Positions 61,841-64,000 of a stretch of 64,000 nucleotides of DNA are shown here, in pieces. Within the stretch, counting starts at the first letter, position 1. Each line of letters begins with the position of its first letter. The notes beneath the pieces were generated by a model. The model was not told where the DNA came from. It saw nothing but the letters and a program-made list of their open reading frames with translations, and did not search any database. The translations under genes were made by a program, and so were the position numbers. The DNA comes from Azolla caroliniana (taxonomy: Eukaryota; Plantae; Polypodiophyta): the NCBI GenBank assembly GCA_043228905.1, contig JBHGNT010000003.1, positions 4,836,001 through 4,900,000 on the forward strand, given 5' to 3'.

Positions 61841-63681
61841 CTACAAATTCCATGGCATACTGTTGTAAATACTTTCATACACATTAATAGTAACTATGTA
61901 TAAACCTGAGCAGCTATTGTATTGCGACATTGGGACATTGATGCACCTGATCAAATGAGAGTACATGTACGCCATTGGTTTGTCTTCTGATAGCCTATAC
62001 ACATAATCGTAATCATCTAGTCTTGCATAAAAAATACCTTCGATGTAGAATGTCCCGGTAGATACAACATTTCCCCAAGCATCTAATATATTCTACGTTC
62101 CACACTATTTACTAACCGTACACTTCAATATATAGAAATCAGCACCTTCTCAATTGCCTTCTTCTACATTTACAACAAAATTATCCCCAACATTTAAGAC
62201 ATCACTCAGAGTATCTCCACATCCTTGATATGTGAAGTCAACATTCTTTTCTGTTTCCCCATCAACTGCTTCCTTATCGTTCAATGTATGATACTCCCAA
62301 TTTTGAATATATGCTTTGTTTAAACAATACCTCCAATTTCCCTACACACAATGGATGCAAAAACAAGTTAATTCTCTAACCGCTATACAATGACCATCCA
62401 ACCTAGAATAACCGCGAACAACATGGAGAGATCGCAATTCAGGAATTCCTTGGCACTCCCAGGTCTTCTCCCTATTTACTTCATCTATCTTCACTTCCCA
62501 AAATTCACGTTTGATATCTCAGACCTGCGAGGAATAAACACCAGTTGCACTCGTTGACATATTAGCTCTTAAAAATTCAACTACATGTGTTGCACAATTC
62601 ATCTGCACACCATCTGCCTTTAGTTGTTCATGGGTAAGTGTCCGCTTTATAATAGCACCTGCACCATCATGTTCACCTTTACCATGGCCAGACCCAAAAA
62701 AATTGCATCTCATCTCCAAACCTGTTATAGCAGGATACCTCCCCACAAAATAAAATGGACGTCTAGCCTTGAATTGTGACGTAGCTCCATCAGACTAGAC
62801 CCAATGTTGAGTAAGCTCCAAACGTTTAGCTAATAACCATTGCCAATGTAAGTTAAAACAATGTTGGACGAACAAGGTGTCATGCTTCTTATCATCAGAA
62901 ATAAAAAAATGAATTACTTTTTTAACATCACTTGAAACTCGAAAATATGTTATGTGCACAAAAATGGTTACCTGCGTTGAACACCAATGCATAGATTGAA
63001 TTTCATTCTACTGCTTAAATGTATAATTCCCTGTGAAATCTACTACTGAGCCTACTACATCATTTGGAAAATCAGATATGCAAGTCTTAAACTGATGGGC
63101 TTTCCATGAATAAATGAAGTTGTGTTTAATGAACTTTCCTAGAGATACTACAAATAGAGACGCCAAATCCCTTGGTTTAAGCAACTTCCTAACTAGATCC
63201 TTTCTTTTTCACACCTTTCCTTCGAAATTGGTGTCAACTGACTCAAATAACTTGACAGAGATTAGTATTTCACTACTCAATTCATTTGGACACCACTTAA
63301 ATCTACTAGGGCCACAATCTTGACATAAAACCATGACACATTTATGACTGTGGAAGATGGCCTCAATTTCTGTCGGACACAATACTGAATCTAAAAGAAA
63401 ACTCATGGAAGAGATAACATGCTCAGATGATTTATAGTCCTCATGCAGGCTCGATCGACAAATTGGGCACACACAAGTGCAAACTGCATTTGTTAGGGAG
63501 GTGCTATGGTGACGTAGTAGATTAACAAAGTCCTTGAGAAAACCCATTTGTACATGGTAAATGCAACAACATGTGTATCGATCCTTCAAGCATCTCACAA
63601 AGTGTGGCTTAAGAAACTCGAATGTTCGTAGTTGAACTTTGATATTTGGATGCATTCGCCTGAACCTAATAAATAAATCGA
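61841..63681 (-). pseudogene. DNA transposase, Sola2-like DDD type (tentative superfamily), with premature stops; upstream exons lie outside the window
   Basis: TCCCIYHVQM, VVDFTGNY..Q.NEIQSMHW, FISDDKKHD, (W)SDGATSQFK, NFFGSGHGKGEHDGAGAIIKR, C-terminal CFCIHC; acceptor-like ag at ~63682. Confidence 0.78.
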
Positions 63682-63709
63682 CCTACATATTAAAATGGAA
63701 ATATTGATT

Positions 63710-64000
63710 AGCTCTATAGCTAAGTGGTAGCTAATTAGCTACTATCAAACATTAGTTGAGTAGCTAATTAGTTAACTAGTAGCTAATTAGCTACTACCAT
63801 AGTTTAATACATTAGCTAAGTGGTAGCTAATTAGCTACTACCATACTTTAGTTGAGTAGCTAATTAGCTACTACCATAGTTTAGTACAGTAGCTAATTAG
63901 CTAAGTGGTAGCTAATTAGCTACTACCATAGTTTAGTCCAGTAGCTTGTTAGCTAAGTGGTAGGTAATTAGCTACTACCATACTTTAGTTGAGTAGCTAA
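63710..64000. repeat. second TAGCTAATTAGCTA array (runs off the window)
   Basis: Same units as 48088-49230. Confidence 0.95.

Noticed and set aside
1-64000. tRNA/rRNA genes or a prokaryotic defence operon
   Set aside because: Only PBS complements of tRNA ends are present; introns, LINEs and LTR elements show eukaryotic DNA.

Overview
Eukaryotic, AT-rich genomic DNA, most likely from a seed-free land plant such as a fern (inferred from gene and TE types). The left ~45 kb is a same-strand birth-and-death array of TORNADO1-like Roco genes (LRR-like N-terminus, Roc GTPase, COR, coiled coil, C-terminal WLCxxH domain). It has two intact two-exon genes (3152-7268, ~1335 aa; 33593-37811, ~1370 aa), both split by an intron inside the P-loop, and four partial or pseudogenic copies. 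These sit among duplicated flanks, a full-length copia element, LINE fragments and a 156-bp satellite. The right ~19 kb is nested transposons: two truncated copias, then a degenerate DNA transposon with a Sola2-like transposase, an FCP1/NIF-like pseudophosphatase gene and palindromic TAGCTAATTAGCTA arrays. Ty3/gypsy-type LTRs have inserted into this transposon four layers deep, each at a CG-centred 4-bp target. The best candidates for undescribed biology are the diversifying LRR-Roco array (possible non-NLR receptor family) and the CpG-targeting, self-nesting gypsy family.
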